From positions 669,715-733,714 of the forward strand of contig JAKMXF010000188.1 in the NCBI GenBank assembly GCA_024704765.1: a DNA stretch of 64,000 nucleotides. Direction: 5' to 3'. The notes under the pieces were generated by a model. The model saw nothing but the letters and a program-made list of their open reading frames with translations, searched no databases and was not told the DNA's origin. Position numbers and translations under genes: made by a program. Origin of the DNA: Oopsacas minuta (Eukaryota > Animalia > Porifera). The stretch's first letter is position 1, and the number at the start of each line of letters is the position of its first letter. Positions 44,787-58,174 of this stretch are shown here, in pieces.

Positions 44787-45054
44787 CAGTACACCCTCGC
44801 TAATCCGAACACCACTGTTACGATTGCAAAATAATACGTCGGATTAACAAATGCATTGAAAAATACTATAGAATCTGGGAGGACTTTTTTCGAAAGTGTA
44901 CAAACGATGGAATGGGGCCTAACATGCGTAATATCGTATTAGATATTGATTTGTTGTAGAATTGGATATATATCGGCTATGTTTTTACGTTTGAAACAAT
45001 TTTCAAAAAGATTGTATAAGCTTAGGCCCTTTTCAGATTAGCGAGGGTCTGCTG
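44787..45054. mobile_element. pogo/Tigger-like MITE
   Basis: TA|CAGTACACCCTCGCTAATCCGAA and TTCAGATTAGCGAGGGTCTGCTG|TA; a second left end of the same family starts at 48057. Confidence 0.8.
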
Positions 45055-45411
45055 TATATTCGTAGTGACATCTAATAGAGCATCTGACATTTGAAATTTT
45101 TGTAATATGTAGATATTTTCACAACTTTTAGGTGATTAATCATATTTTCATACATGTCTCGCTAAATTTGTACCTTCCAGCGTTTTCCTTCACTCAGGTT
45201 GGCAAGTATACAAATGTCAAAATAGTATAAGTGTGAATATAATTATATATTGCCAAAACGCATCAGATCTATTTTAATTCCGAATACAATTTGACAATGA
45301 TACTCAAAATTATTTACTGTCAATCAAAGTATAAACACCGTCATCAGTAATTACTATAATTGGGTAATAACCACCATTAGAATACAAAAGATAAATAATG
45401 AGATAGAGAAT

Positions 45412-47469
45412 TTAGAATATTTGTAGACAGTTGTCGACCTTCATGTCACCATATGTGATAATGCCAGTTTTTTCTATGAATATGCAAGAGGGACGGAATG
45501 TTTGACACAGCCCATGTCCTGTCTCACAAACTGTTTCTATGAATTTCCCATCCAAGTCGAAAACTTTGATGGAATTGTCCCAGAAATCACATATGTAGAT
45601 TCTCACTTCATCTGTGTTAGGATTTTGGAACAGGTTGAAGTTATATGCTCCTGCTATCTGATCCTCCGTGAGTATGGACTTTATGAGTTTTCCTTGTAGA
45701 GAGAACATTTGGAGAGGAGAGGGAGATCCTGTGAAGAGACATATGACGTAATCATTAGTAGTCTTCATGTCCTGTAGCCATGGATACCTGTTCGTTATCT
45801 TTGTATGCAGGATTGGTTTTAGTGGATATTCTTGATCTTTACCGAGAGGATCTAGTTGCATTCGTATTAGACTCGGCTTGAGAGTCCCCACATACAAATG
45901 CTTACTGTTAGAGGTTGTGCAACAAGCCTGTGGTATTTGGAAAGTATGTTCAAGTTTCATGTCAGATATAAGCTGACTATCTTTCCATGTGAAGCTGAAT
46001 CGTGATAGCGAACTACTTGTAGAATAGCACACGAATACAAACTGATTGAAGTTGGCCAATGAGGCTGGAGTAACCAGTGAATGAGGATGATGATACCATT
46101 CTGTAGCTGCAAGATCAATTGCTCTGTAGCGTGAGACTGTATCCCCGTATCTATCCCCTACTATTACGTTTTCTTTAATAACGATTACACTAGTGGGCGT
46201 GTCTAATTGGTGACCCTCAACTCCACCTCTATCAACACCAGATGCTACAGGAATGTTTCTCTCTGCTTTGGGTGGAGCTACTTGCATGGGCTTGTTATCA
46301 GTGTCGATCACAATTGAAGGAATGTTTATCCTGTTGGTGTAATAGTGACGGATCTTTCTAAGTACTATATCATATATTTGCTTTAATTCCTTATCGTCTT
46401 CATTCTTCCTGACAAGATATTCTAGCGACCTAGCGTCTCTGTACAGGAAAGAAAGTTCCTTGAATGTGAAAATCACATCCTTTTCAATTCTTTCCTGTAC
46501 AGTCTCTATCACTCTGCATTTCCTTTCTATATCATCTGCATTCCTAGTTTCCAATTCGTCTCTAGCTATCGCATACTCCATCTTAAGTCTGTTAAGCCTC
46601 AGGTCATACTCCTGACGTGTGATACCCCCGGGAAGTAGGTCTCTCTTGGACGGTTTTATAGGTTTCATGTCTTTCTCTATTTCAGGATCTACATAGAAAA
46701 TGAATTCACCCTCTATTACGTGTGTCAATCCCTCTTTCATAACTTTTGAACACCAATGCTCTGGAATGGGATAATTTCTCATCTTTAAGATCTCTTTCTT
46801 CAGTCTCAGTCTTAAAGATTCGTATCTGTTTACAATTATACTCTCGATTTGTTTGGGAAGTTCAATGCTTAGTTGGTTCTGAATTTTATAAATCTTTTTC
46901 TCAGCTGTCACCTTCCACATAATGAGACCGTTTAGGGAGTACAGAGAAGGTTCTGCTAGAGTTCTCTCTATATAGAAGAGGCTCTCTTTGTATTCGATAG
47001 GGAGCCAATTATTGATAACTAGTAGAGTTATTTTCTTTAAATGATGGTTGTATCGCTCCGTGAGGGAATTTCTGGATGGGACAGGGACTATTTTACTTTT
47101 TATTTTAGTATCAAATTCATTGTAAAAATGTGGTAGCTTGTTTAGAATCTTTTCGCCTAACTTTTGGTTGAATGGGACTATCATCCGTTCCATCTTCATG
47201 ACAACAGTTGATATCCATTCAATCATTTTGTACTCCTTGATTATGACGCAGAAGCGATCCTTTACAGAGTCACGCATTTCTGTGGACAGTATTGAAGCCT
47301 CTTTGGAGTATAGCGTTTCCATTTCCAACTCAAATCCTTTAATCAATTTTCGAATTTCGCTAACTTCGATTGCTTCCAAGTCAATGGACCTAATTTCCTT
47401 CAACCTATCCTCATACCTTTTGAACATCTCAGAATTTGATGGTGTTACCTGGTTCAGGTTTGTTGCCAT
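45412..47469 (-). CDS. Single-exon protein with an unrecognised helical N-terminal region and a C-terminal NHL/YVTN-like beta-propeller, 685 aa
   Basis: Long open ORF starting MATNLNQ. The C-terminal 260 aa carry propeller-blade motifs (HLYVGT, PLQMFSLQGKLIKS, IYICDFWDNSIKVFDLDGKFIET, FRPSCIFIE). The N-terminal 400 aa are E/K/R/L-rich. Confidence 0.8.
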   Translation of the reverse strand: MATNLNQVTPSNSEMFKRYEDRLKEIRSIDLEAIEVSEIRKLIKGFELEMETLYSKEASILSTEMRDSVKDRFCVIIKEYKMIEWISTVVMKMERMIVPFNQKLGEKILNKLPHFYNEFDTKIKSKIVPVPSRNSLTERYNHHLKKITLLVINNWLPIEYKESLFYIERTLAEPSLYSLNGLIMWKVTAEKKIYKIQNQLSIELPKQIESIIVNRYESLRLRLKKEILKMRNYPIPEHWCSKVMKEGLTHVIEGEFIFYVDPEIEKDMKPIKPSKRDLLPGGITRQEYDLRLNRLKMEYAIARDELETRNADDIERKCRVIETVQERIEKDVIFTFKELSFLYRDARSLEYLVRKNEDDKELKQIYDIVLRKIRHYYTNRINIPSIVIDTDNKPMQVAPPKAERNIPVASGVDRGGVEGHQLDTPTSVIVIKENVIVGDRYGDTVSRYRAIDLAATEWYHHPHSLVTPASLANFNQFVFVCYSTSSSLSRFSFTWKDSQLISDMKLEHTFQIPQACCTTSNSKHLYVGTLKPSLIRMQLDPLGKDQEYPLKPILHTKITNRYPWLQDMKTTNDYVICLFTGSPSPLQMFSLQGKLIKSILTEDQIAGAYNFNLFQNPNTDEVRIYICDFWDNSIKVFDLDGKFIETVCETGHGLCQTFRPSCIFIEKTGIITYGDMKVDNCLQIF

Positions 47470-49082
47470 TTCAAATATACTTTTAAGTCAGTTTAGATTT
47501 TCGTTAATAGAAATATTGTAGCAATTCTTTTTATAGAAATATTTCTTCTTCATAATTTGAAGATAAATTAAGTTATACTTTTAATGTGAAGTAATGTGTT
47601 TCAGAATGTGGCTTACTCGAAACAATTGATTACACAATTGTTTATTCTGAAAATCATACATTTCTGAAACTGAAATGATTAGAAATGTTGTTTGTAAGAA
47701 TTTATTCATTTCCGAGATCACTTCATGTACGTACATACATACATTAACCAGAAACGTAAAGTTTAGGGCATAGAGAATAAATACCTGTAACTCCAAAACT
47801 GATGGAGTTATACTATGTTAGGCCGGTTTTAATTTGGATGGTGGACAAATGTTCACTGTCGACCAACTTTGAACCGTTAAAACCTTAAAATCCATCAGTT
47901 TGGTAAGTATAGGTTCATGTTCAGATTCTATCAAATACCCTGCCGAATTTTTGCTGTGACCTCCGATTAGTTTTCCAATTAAGCGAAGTGGAATATAATG
48001 TTCGTATAAAAATGCGAAATGCCATATATTTATTTCTACGAAAGTCAAATTCAATACAGAACACCCTCGCTAATCCGAACAACACTATTCCAGTTACAAA
48101 ATAAATCTTTCGAATTAGTGAATTGCATTGAGTCCAGCGGCGTTGGAAGCGAATTTCAAGTGAGGGGGGCCGATTTCTGAATTCAAATAAGTGTTAATAA
48201 ACAATGTATTTATGTAAAGAAAATACATTTTTTGGGTCTCCTGAGATAAGAGACGCTATTTGGTAATTACATTAAAAATATTGTCTAGGTCAAGGCTTTT
48301 GATATGGCGGATCAACCCCATTTTTGACACACCGGACATTTGCCAATACACCCGTGCAACTGTTCCAGCTTTGCAATCCACTACAAGTGGCGCTCCTACC
48401 TAACTAACAAGTAACAACACCGGTCTATGTTATGTGATTCTCTATCTTTGATAGAAATCTGATGATATTGTATTAGCATTTTATAATTAGATGCAAAGAT
48501 ATTTCAAGTACTGTGTCTATTCCCGTTGTCAGGGTAACATTTGATTATCGATTCTCTCTCAAAATTATAATTTTAGTTACAGGTATAATAGAATTCATCA
48601 ATTTGTAATGCAATCTAAATTTAGATTCTTTGGAAAAGTGATAGGTATCAGGTTCTGGTAGCAGTAGGTATTCTGTTTCACTAGCTGGAGTATCTCTTAT
48701 TATTATAAATCACTTTTACAAGAGAATGCCTTTTTATTTATCTTTGTTATCTGTCTTACCTCCCATCTCTATTCATTCTATTCTGCACTCAACCAACATC
48801 AGAAAAATATTGACAGTAGTCCTGATTCTAGATTTCTAATATTAGCATACCTCTTCTAATAATTTTTTGGGATCTTCGAAAAATCCCCTGAAATTATTAT
48901 CCAATCCAGGGATCCCGAGTGGGTTATCAAGTATGTTTAGGTATAAATTTCTACTGTCTAGCTGTCCCTTGATATTCTAATCCAGAGTCTACTATACTCA
49001 CTGGTATTGAAGACAATAATCTCTGTATACAATTAGTAGGGCTTATTTAGTTTGTATTCAGTTTATTGATTTAGTGTGTAGA

Positions 49083-52000
49083 ATGCAGAAGGTTGGTGAT
49101 AAGGTTATAGGGATACGTCCTCTACACTATGTCCACATACTCAACAGAAACAATAATGTAACATCTCTTGACCTTGGTCCAAAGAACTTAGTCCTGAAGG
49201 AACACGAGTCTCTGATCAAAGGACCCTTCGCTCACGTTATTCTACACCCAGGACAGTATTGTGTGATATCTGACCCTGTTATTAGGGAAGCGGAGGATAG
49301 AACTGTTGAAGGTATTCCCTATGCTCAGAGGTTCGGAGAGCATGAAGTCAAACTTTATGGTGAACCATTTCCTCTGTACCCTGGAGAGACAATGAAAGTA
49401 GCACCAAAGTCTCTTCCTATAGTACTAGCTAATCACGCTATCAAGCTAGAGGCCAAGAAGGATTTTATCGTGAGTCTTAGCTTATTAGAATACTATAATA
49501 TTAATCATCTTTATTATATTTAAAACCCGTTAAATTCACACTGCATTAATTCCTACTTTCCTTGCGCCGTGTAAGAATATTTGTCTATAGAATATATTAC
49601 TACCTGGCGGGGAACATATCCTGATTAGTGCTTTCAATTACGTACCATTATTGTACATGATAACTTAAATATAGAAAATATCAGATCAGAAGTTTCCTTC
49701 ATAACCGTCCTGTACAGTCAACTCGTATTGACTCTATACCAAGTTAGGCCAGTGTGTTATAGTTCATACCTCGAGAACCTTTAGTTCTTTTGGTATTAAT
49801 TAAATGTATTATTATTATTGGATAGGAAGTCATGTTTGTGGTTTGTGAGTTTTTTCGGATTCACACCTTGAGTCATAATAAACATAGGATATTTATTAGT
49901 AGCGACAATATTAAATAATACCCTTTTTTGGATGGAATAAATATGGTATTGATATTTAGCAATACACATAATCTATCTCTGCAAACTATTCCATGTCGAA
50001 ATGACGTAATCTGATTACTTACTTAGCAGATTTGTCAACAAATGCTCTTATTAATTGATTATTTATTGAGTTTAAAACCTCAGCCGAAGTGACAATTAAT
50101 ACATTTACGATGGCATAATTCATTCAATAGGATCTAAGGCTATTTTCATGCAAAATTTCAAAATTTTATTTGATAATGTTTGCACATTCCAGAGTTATAG
50201 ATGCAACCATGGATGCCACATTTTTGCTGATATTCATCTATAACTCAACAACCTTCAATGTTATGCCAAGCTAAATTATCTTACTTACATACACCCTGAT
50301 TATACATTTTGAAATGACATCTCTGATGATTATGATGTAATCTTGAAAATGACCATATACGATATTATTCATGACTGCACTATATTCTGAAACTCTTACT
50401 ACGAATATCACAATAACCACCTTTACAACATGTGCACGTTTAAGATTACCTCATCAATTTATAAATACTTCATAAATTCACAATTCTAATATATTATTAC
50501 CTAAGTTGGATATTGTGTGATTTGTGTCCTACACACAACGCTTAGTTCTCACCCTATAGTTATGCAAATGCACGGCTAAACACATATAATTGCTAGTGTA
50601 ATATTACCAGCGAGTAGGCTGTGTAGACTAATTAATCTTACTTGGCATGAAATGCAAATATTTGTAATATTCTAATTTGACTGTTAATAAGTAATGAAAT
50701 ATTTAATCTTAATAATCATTAGAATTCTTAAATATAATTAGTATTACACTTTGAAATTGCTGGGTGTATTTTACCGTCTTTTACTTTTACAAATGCCTTA
50801 ACTTGTTCTGTTTAGGATGGAGAGATAGAACGAAAAGCTGGAGACATCTGGCAACTGAAAGGTCCTCTTACCTACACTCCTCAGCCTGAAGTAGATATAA
50901 AGGGTAATGTATCCCCTATCGTGATAAAACCAGACCATGGACTAAAGGTAGTCGCTACAAGGGACTTCGTCGATGAAGAAGGAGTAGATCGTCTGACTGG
51001 ACATATGTGGATGGTCACGAAGACTGGGGCTTATCTGCTGGGTGTGTTTGAGAATTTGGTTGAGCGGATTGAACCTCACACAATTACAGAGAATAATTGT
51101 CTGCATATGAAGTAAGTATGTGTAAATTTAGTATTAATTTACCTGAATTAGGTGGATATTGAAATATCAGTTCGATATCTATAAAGTTAGAATTTAGTGT
51201 TGTTTGCCAGTAAAGACATCGGCTATGCAGCTTTACACATTTGCAATTGTCGATTTCAACTTTTAGCTTATTCTACAACGAATAAGTTATTGTAACTAAT
51301 TTCTAGAGCTATAGTGAGATTCACAGATGTGTTTGGGAGAGATCACGCTGCTGGAGAAGAGTGGCTAGTGACGCTAGAACAAACTGAGACATATCTCCCT
51401 TGTGTGGAGGAGGAACTGGTACAAGTAGTAGATAAGACAATACTGGGCCCTCACCAGTTTTGTGTCATCTTAAACCCAATTGGGGAAGACGGACACAACA
51501 AGCTAGGGAGGCGACTGGTAGTGAAGGGACGTATCAGTTTCTTTTTAAGACCAGGAGAGAGACTAGAGAATGGGATACAGCAGGATTATCTATTGGAAGC
51601 TGATCAGTCTCTGCTGGTACAGGCAACAGAAGAGTTCACTGAGGAAGGTTATTATCTTATTGACTATACAGTCAACTCCCCGTTATATCGAACACAGATA
51701 TATCGAAGTAATTATCGCGGTCACTTGAGCCTCGATATAACAGGAGTTGACTGTAGATTAATATGAATACCAACAGACCGTAGGAATTTATACTCTTTCT
51801 CTGGAGTATTATTAACAGAAGTTGATTTTCAGCAATTTTGGGTGAGGGAACTTTGAAGAGAACAATTTGCCAGTTGGTGTAACGAGTATATTATGTGGAC
51901 AGCTCATTTACGTTGAAATCTTATAGGAGAGGAGAGACGTGTACGTCAATCAGGAGAGAAATGGCTTATCCTTGGTCCCTGTGAATACATACCTGATCAG

Positions 52001-55000
52001 TCTACTAGCGTTATTGCTAAGAGGAAAGCTCTCTCTCTCAATCAGAATGAAGGAGTTTATGTCAGAAATGTAACAGACGGTAAGATACGTTCTGTGCTAG
52101 GCCCACAGTGTTACATTTTAAAGGCAGATGAAGAACTCTACGAGAAGCCCCTCTCTCCAGAATGTGAGAAGATCCTGAAACAAGGTGGATACTCCTCAAC
52201 ATCTGATGATGTCAGGAAGATAGCTTATTTTGAGAATTCTATCGATCCTATTCTTAGCTCAGGGAAGAGAGATAGAACTAAGGTTATCACGTACAGGTGA
52301 GGGATATTTTGAAAGTTATAATGTTTTGATAATATAATTTATCTTAAAATATATATCAAATGAGACTCGCTGAAATATCAGATAACAGGTTTCTTATACT
52401 AGTTATATCTTCAATTACGGTGTTTGATTCTACCGACGATATATTAACCGTTAGAAATTTCGCTAGAATTATTCTCCATTGATATAATTTCTTTCATAAG
52501 AGCGTTTAAATCGTCAATCTTAATATACTCTATCTCTATCTATGTCATAGAAACCTCTGATTGTAGTTTAGTTTATGTCTGTCTTACTTTATCTCTTCCG
52601 CTTTTATGTTTGTTATTGTTATTAATACGCGGAAATAACGTTATTAATAGCAATGTTTCTACTCAAGTACTATCGCTATATTACAATTATTCATGTATGG
52701 TTACTGTATTGAAATATGAGAAGTACTTATCAGTTGTAATAAATTCCATTTATTCGGTACATATCTACTCCTAATGTTATTGCTTTATTTACTAGTACAA
52801 GCAGTGGCTACCTGCACAAGCAGGTAAGCTGTGTGTTATTCAAATATAGATGTTAGCACAAATTATCTTCGGTGTTACACAGATTAATATATGGCCACAG
52901 TTTGTACGTTAATGCACATTCTTTAAGTAGTTTGTAGACGTGAGGAAGTTCGCGGTTTTGCTCACTGGCACGGCAAAATGTATATTTTATGTGCTTAAGT
53001 GCGGGTTATTTAATTACATGCATGCTGAATACTTTAGTTTTACCTAGACCTGTCGGTACTACTTTATTAACCTGATTTGTTCCAGCTCCCTTAATTTCAT
53101 GAGGCTACTGGATCGATAGGATATCTATCATTTAGATTAGGAGCTTATTATGGGAGGAATTCATAGTCAATGAAATTGATAATCTTCATGATGGGACAGA
53201 TGGGTTTTAGAAAAATATATATTTTCTAATATTTACTCGTGATAAATTACGTAATTAAATCTTTGTGCTCCAAATCGCGTTAATAAGAGCATATCATATA
53301 ACTTCCGAGAAATAGCGAGATTAAGAGTTGTATTTTCCTCTGTGTTTTAGACGGGACGTGACATAATATTCAAAGCTATAACCTGAATAATTCCGCATTT
53401 TGGCATTTTTTTAAATTAAAAATCCTTCTAATCAGTAGTATATTTAGTCTATTTCTCCAAATATAATTACTCCAGGTAATGAAACTGATGATAAAGTACT
53501 TATAAAATTGCGACTGTCCGGTGTTAGTGCTAGTGAGTATATCATAATTATAATTAGGTATAATAATCTTAATATATTATCTATCTGATAATATACACTT
53601 GCAAAACTGCAATTAGGCAATATTATCTGACATTCAATTATAAATCCATTAGTTATATTGTTGTTTATAGCATCCCTGCGTCTGCTGCACCTTACTTCTT
53701 CCTTATTATAGCTATTATCTTCTTATTTATGTAAATCTGATCAATATTCACTTTTTAAACTACATAATTAAACAGTTTACCTACATTTTGTAGATAAGTT
53801 TGTTAGTAGTTGAGTCTACTGCTAGTTAATATGATATATATTATTCCATAACTTGCAAACGAATAGTTCAATATTCGGTTCAATCAACTCCGGTTATAAC
53901 TAATGCTCAGAACCATTATTTCATTTCAACTCAACTACTTGCAAGCAATGTATATGTTTATTATATTATAATGCCCGTGATACATGGCTATTATATATAT
54001 ATGGAAGTTTGTAAGGCATTCTAAACCATTGTCATCAGCAAGGAGTATAAAGTATTATATGATATTCTATTAAATCTGCAGGTAGCGTAGTGTGTCAGTT
54101 GTGTTTGTAATAGTATTACTTTTATGCCATTAAAATGACTAGTTTTGTATATATTCTGTCCAATCTCTGTACAACTAGTCTACTAGCTTATTTCTAGAGA
54201 ATAGATGTTACTATTTTCCACCCTTATCATGACTTGTATATAAATTCCCAAAAGCCAGAATAAATCGGGTTATTACCAGGTTTAGCCATCAATTGAGAGT
54301 TAGAGATCTCACCTATAAACACAGCTGTTATCTCGAGTAGTAGTCAAGAGACAATACTAAGGTGTTGCTGAATAACATTCTAGAATTAACTATATATTGC
54401 CATAGTAATTCATAAATTTTGCTATCTTCTTAACATCTCTCCTAGATATTCCATGTTTGGTTAATACATTTGAAATATATTGATATTAGTATACTTGACG
54501 ATCCCATGAAATATTTCTTTCAGGTGTTCACAATTCATATTTGTAGCTATGAGATCATACCGAGATTAGTGTTAATTGTAAGTGCAAATTTGGAAAGAAT
54601 GTGTATAAGTTAATATCATTATTCTTGACTAAGTTTATTCCTATTACAGAGCGTCTTCAACTTGGTAATCTTGCTTGTAGCATTTGTTATGTTAGCATGT
54701 TTGTTGACGTGAGAATGCCAATTACGTTTCTTAGTCACCACAAATTCGTTTTGTGTAAGCTACAAAGATACAAAACATGAAATAGATAACAGAAATCTTG
54801 ATTCTGTATGCGTGTATATGGGCATATGCACGTGTAATTTTCGTGGGTACTGGAGACACTTAATAATGTATGCGATACTGTAAAACATTATTGCATTTGG
54901 TGTGCGGTTACGTTCCTCAATACTTGGAAGTCATACCGATTTCTTCCACCATTCTGTTTTTTTGCATTGAATATTTTCAACTAAATTCCGAGAATACTAT

Positions 55001-56767
55001 ACACATACAGTCAACTCCCGATATGTATCAAAACTCAAGGGACGGGGCGGCGATAATTATAATCAATATCCAACATCCAGTAACGCGATCCCTCAGGGGA
55101 ATTAAAAATCCGTTCGAAATAGCGAATGTTTGAGTTAACTGTTTACAAAAGTACTAAAGTTACAACCAAGGGAAAAATATTGTTTCGAGTTAAAGAATGT
55201 TAACTGTACTTCGATATTAGCAGAGTTCGATATAACCGATGAAACATGGTATTTGGACGGTTTGGGACCATATTTGTACAATTTTAGACTTGGATATATC
55301 AGTGTTCGATATAGCGGGAGTTGACAATATGTGTACATATCTTAAATGCATTGATAAACACTGATACTGCTTATTTCATTATACGTGGTACGCTTATGAT
55401 TGTGTTGCACTAATCAGCTGTGCAATTACTATTTACATTGGACTCTCGTTAAATATCATGGATTGTTAAAAACCGTACTCCTTATACAGAGTAGTAACAA
55501 CCAAATTAATATTCATTGTAAAAGCATTGATAAACTTGAGAATGTAAGTATTACCCATCTAATATTTACAAGAGTTCAATGTAATTGGCTTACTTTCTGT
55601 CAGTATTATCATCTGGTATTATCATGTAGATGTCCACACAACACAGCAATACAAGTGTATGACTATGTGAACAAGACATCTCGCGTGTTATTCGGGCCTG
55701 ATCTGGTAATGCTACAACCACACGAGAACTTCAACGTACTCAGTCTAAGTGCAGGTAAACCTAAGATGGAAGGTGCTCTCAAGTCTCTCTGTCTAATGCT
55801 AGGACCTGATTACATTACTGATAGTATTATCGTAGAGACATCTGATCACGCTAGACTATCTATATTCTACTCAGTTAATAATCACTTCGAGTACGATAGG
55901 AATAACCCAGAACAAGTCGAGAGTCTGTTTGCACTGCCAGACTTCATTGGATTTGCAGCTAGACACATTGCATCTAGGGTACGAGCGTCTGTGTCTCAAA
56001 TTAATTTTGATAACTTCCACAAACACTCAGCTGCAATTGTGAGTCGTTCTGTGTTTGGAGTAGACGCAGAAGGAAATATCGGACAGTATTACAAGTTCCC
56101 AGCTAATAACTTGGTTATAACAAACATTGATATTCGTAATATTGAGCCAGAGGACAAACACATGAGAGACAGTTTATTCAAATCTGTTACCATGGCTATT
56201 GAAATAGCGATTAACTCTACAGAAGCAGCTGCTCAACATGACGCAGAGCGACTGGAGCAGAAAGCAAGAGGTTTGTTAGAGAGGCAGAAACTAACGAATG
56301 AGCAGGAGAAGGAGAAGGCACGTAAACAGCTGTTACTGTTACAAGCAGAATGTGCTGCTATTGAATCATCAGGGATGGCTAAGGCTGAAGCACAAGCTCT
56401 GGCCGAGAAGATGCTTATTGAGTGCAAGAGCGAGATCGAGGTTAGTAAGCTCAAAGCTGAAGCTAATGAGATAGAGCTAGATTCTAAAATTAGCTTTATC
56501 AAGAAGAGTCAAGCTGCTGAGATTAAATACCAGACTGAGTTATTTGTCCTAGACCGTGATAAGACTAAATCTATGGCTGAGATAGAAATTAACAAATTTG
56601 GCTGTATGGTGGATTCGTTAGGCTCTGGTACTTTAAGGGCTATTGGACAGGCAGGCCCCACTACTCAGAAAATGCTCGAAAACACTCTTGGTTACAAGAA
56701 ACTACTCTCTAGTGGTACTACAAACCCTCTTACTTTGTTCTCTGAAGGGAAAGCTGCCTTTTCGTAA
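49083..56767 (+). CDS. MVP: Major vault protein homolog (divergent MVP-like), about 843 aa
   Basis: Five exons join in frame: 49083-49469, 50816-51111, 51307-51647, 51927-52296, 55630-56767 (2,532 nt). Vault repeats IRPLHYVHILNRNNNVT, EPFPLYPGE, RKAGDIWQLKGP, AGEEWLVT, SFFLRPGERLE, GEKWLILGPCEY; shoulder domain ETSDHARL..FALPDFIG; cap helix AAQHDAERLEQKARGLLERQK. Confidence 0.93.
51669..51753. mobile_element. 85-bp hairpin MITE in MVP intron 3
   Basis: TA|CAGTCAACTCCCCGTTATATCGA and TCGATATAACAGGAGTTGACTG|TA. Confidence 0.85.
55008..55327. mobile_element. pogo-like MITE in MVP intron 4 (same terminal family as 51669-51753)
   Basis: TA|CAGTCAACTCCCGATAT at the left end and ATATAGCGGGAGTTGAC near 55310-55325. 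Confidence 0.65.
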
Positions 56768-57520
56768 CGTTGCTACCCTCTCTGCATGAAAATTACCCTT
56801 TACGTGTGTATGTGTGTGTGTGGTTCTATAGTTTTTATCTTAGTAACTAGCTAACTAATTAACGGTTGTGAATATACTTTTAGATATATTCGAATTTTGT
56901 TAGATTTAGATCTACCATTCTGCCTGTTTGAAATCTTAGTTTTGTTTGAGACGAAGTGTTATTTTGTAGATATTATGTTACTATATTTATGTATTATATT
57001 AAATCAAATGTTATTTATATCTACGTGTAATGTCAGTACATTTTACAGACTGATCTCATGATATGGAACAGTTCAAAATGATTAAAATAGGCTCAAATTT
57101 ATTGAACTTTCCAAGGAAACATTATTGTAATAAGTAAATTGAAATATTAGCTCTGTTATGAACTGAGACTGTCACGAAAATTGGTCGGGACCAGTTTTGG
57201 CAGACAAAATGGGCCTGCATAGATTTTTTTGAGCTAATCCATTGAATATATTTGTCAATCCAAAACGCGGAAAGAGACGCTGTCACAACATATTGAGCCT
57301 AGCTTTCTAGGCTAATCTATTAAAAGCTAGACACTGGATGAGAATCATAGAATTTTGTTTCTAGACAGGTCCAAAAATTTATACCTGGACGAATTTTATC
57401 GGTCATGATTGGTCCGCCAGAGCCAAATTTAGCCTAACAAAAATTGGTCAGAGGATAAATTGTTAAAACTGGTCCCGGATTTTAATTTGGATCATGGTAA
57501 CCAAAATTGGGAGCTAAAGT

Positions 57521-58174
57521 CATACTTAACACCCTTATAACCAGGGGTGTAGTGTAGGGGGAGCGGCGCTCCCCTAAGACAAATTCAAGAGGGAGAGACG
57601 CTCCCTCACTTTAACTTTATTATTGTTATTATATTATAATAAAGGTAGAATAAGTTTTCCGGAGTTGTCCTTCTTTCGTACTCTAGCCAACTCCTCTTAA
57701 TGGGGTAACATTAGCTCCAGGCCATTTCCAAACAATTAAGTGGATTAAACGTGTTGGCTCGGTCTCCGGAAGTATTTAACATCGCACTGCACTGTTTGGC
57801 CAAGTGATCCTATCAACATTGTGGCAATTTTGCATATTCTTGACCATTATAACAATGGTGCAATTGGTTTATATTACTTGTAGATTACAAAATGTTTTGT
57901 TGATTGAAAAATAACTTTGCTTTACCAATTTTGCGTAATATATTCTTGTATAAGCGCTCCCCCACTAGAAATTTGAGCACTACACCCCTGCTTATAATTG
58001 TTTCCCTGGCTATTTTTCTCCAAATCCCTGGATTTCTAATTATATATACAAATAATATGAATTTTCCCTCTATTATGAGAAAAAATCCAGGAATATTCAA
58101 TTTTTTCCTTCGATCATAAATGATAACTCAAATCCTTGGATAAGTCAGGGTACTCTGGATAGTTGGCAAGTATG
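57521..58174. mobile_element. Non-autonomous element with a 6-bp TSD, carrying a nested hAT element
   Basis: Left end CATACTT (degenerate after 7 bp), right end GTTGGCAAGTATG; TAAAGT immediately flanks both ends. Confidence 0.55.
57542..57990. mobile_element. hAT-like non-autonomous element, 449 bp
   Basis: TIRs CAGGGGTGTAGTG and CACTACACCCCTG; flanks CTTATAAC and CTTATAAT (7/8). Confidence 0.8.

Noticed and set aside
49598-49630. U1 snRNA-like 5' sequence (TACTACCTGGCGGGGAACATATCCTGAT) in MVP intron 1
   Set aside because: Similarity lasts about 30 nt, the ACTTACCTG end lacks a T, and no downstream stems or Sm site were found. It is chance or at most a tiny pseudogene fragment.
55400-55629. 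N-terminal 76 codons of the 455-aa track ORF
   Set aside because: Intronic read-through; MVP homology begins only at the acceptor before 55630.
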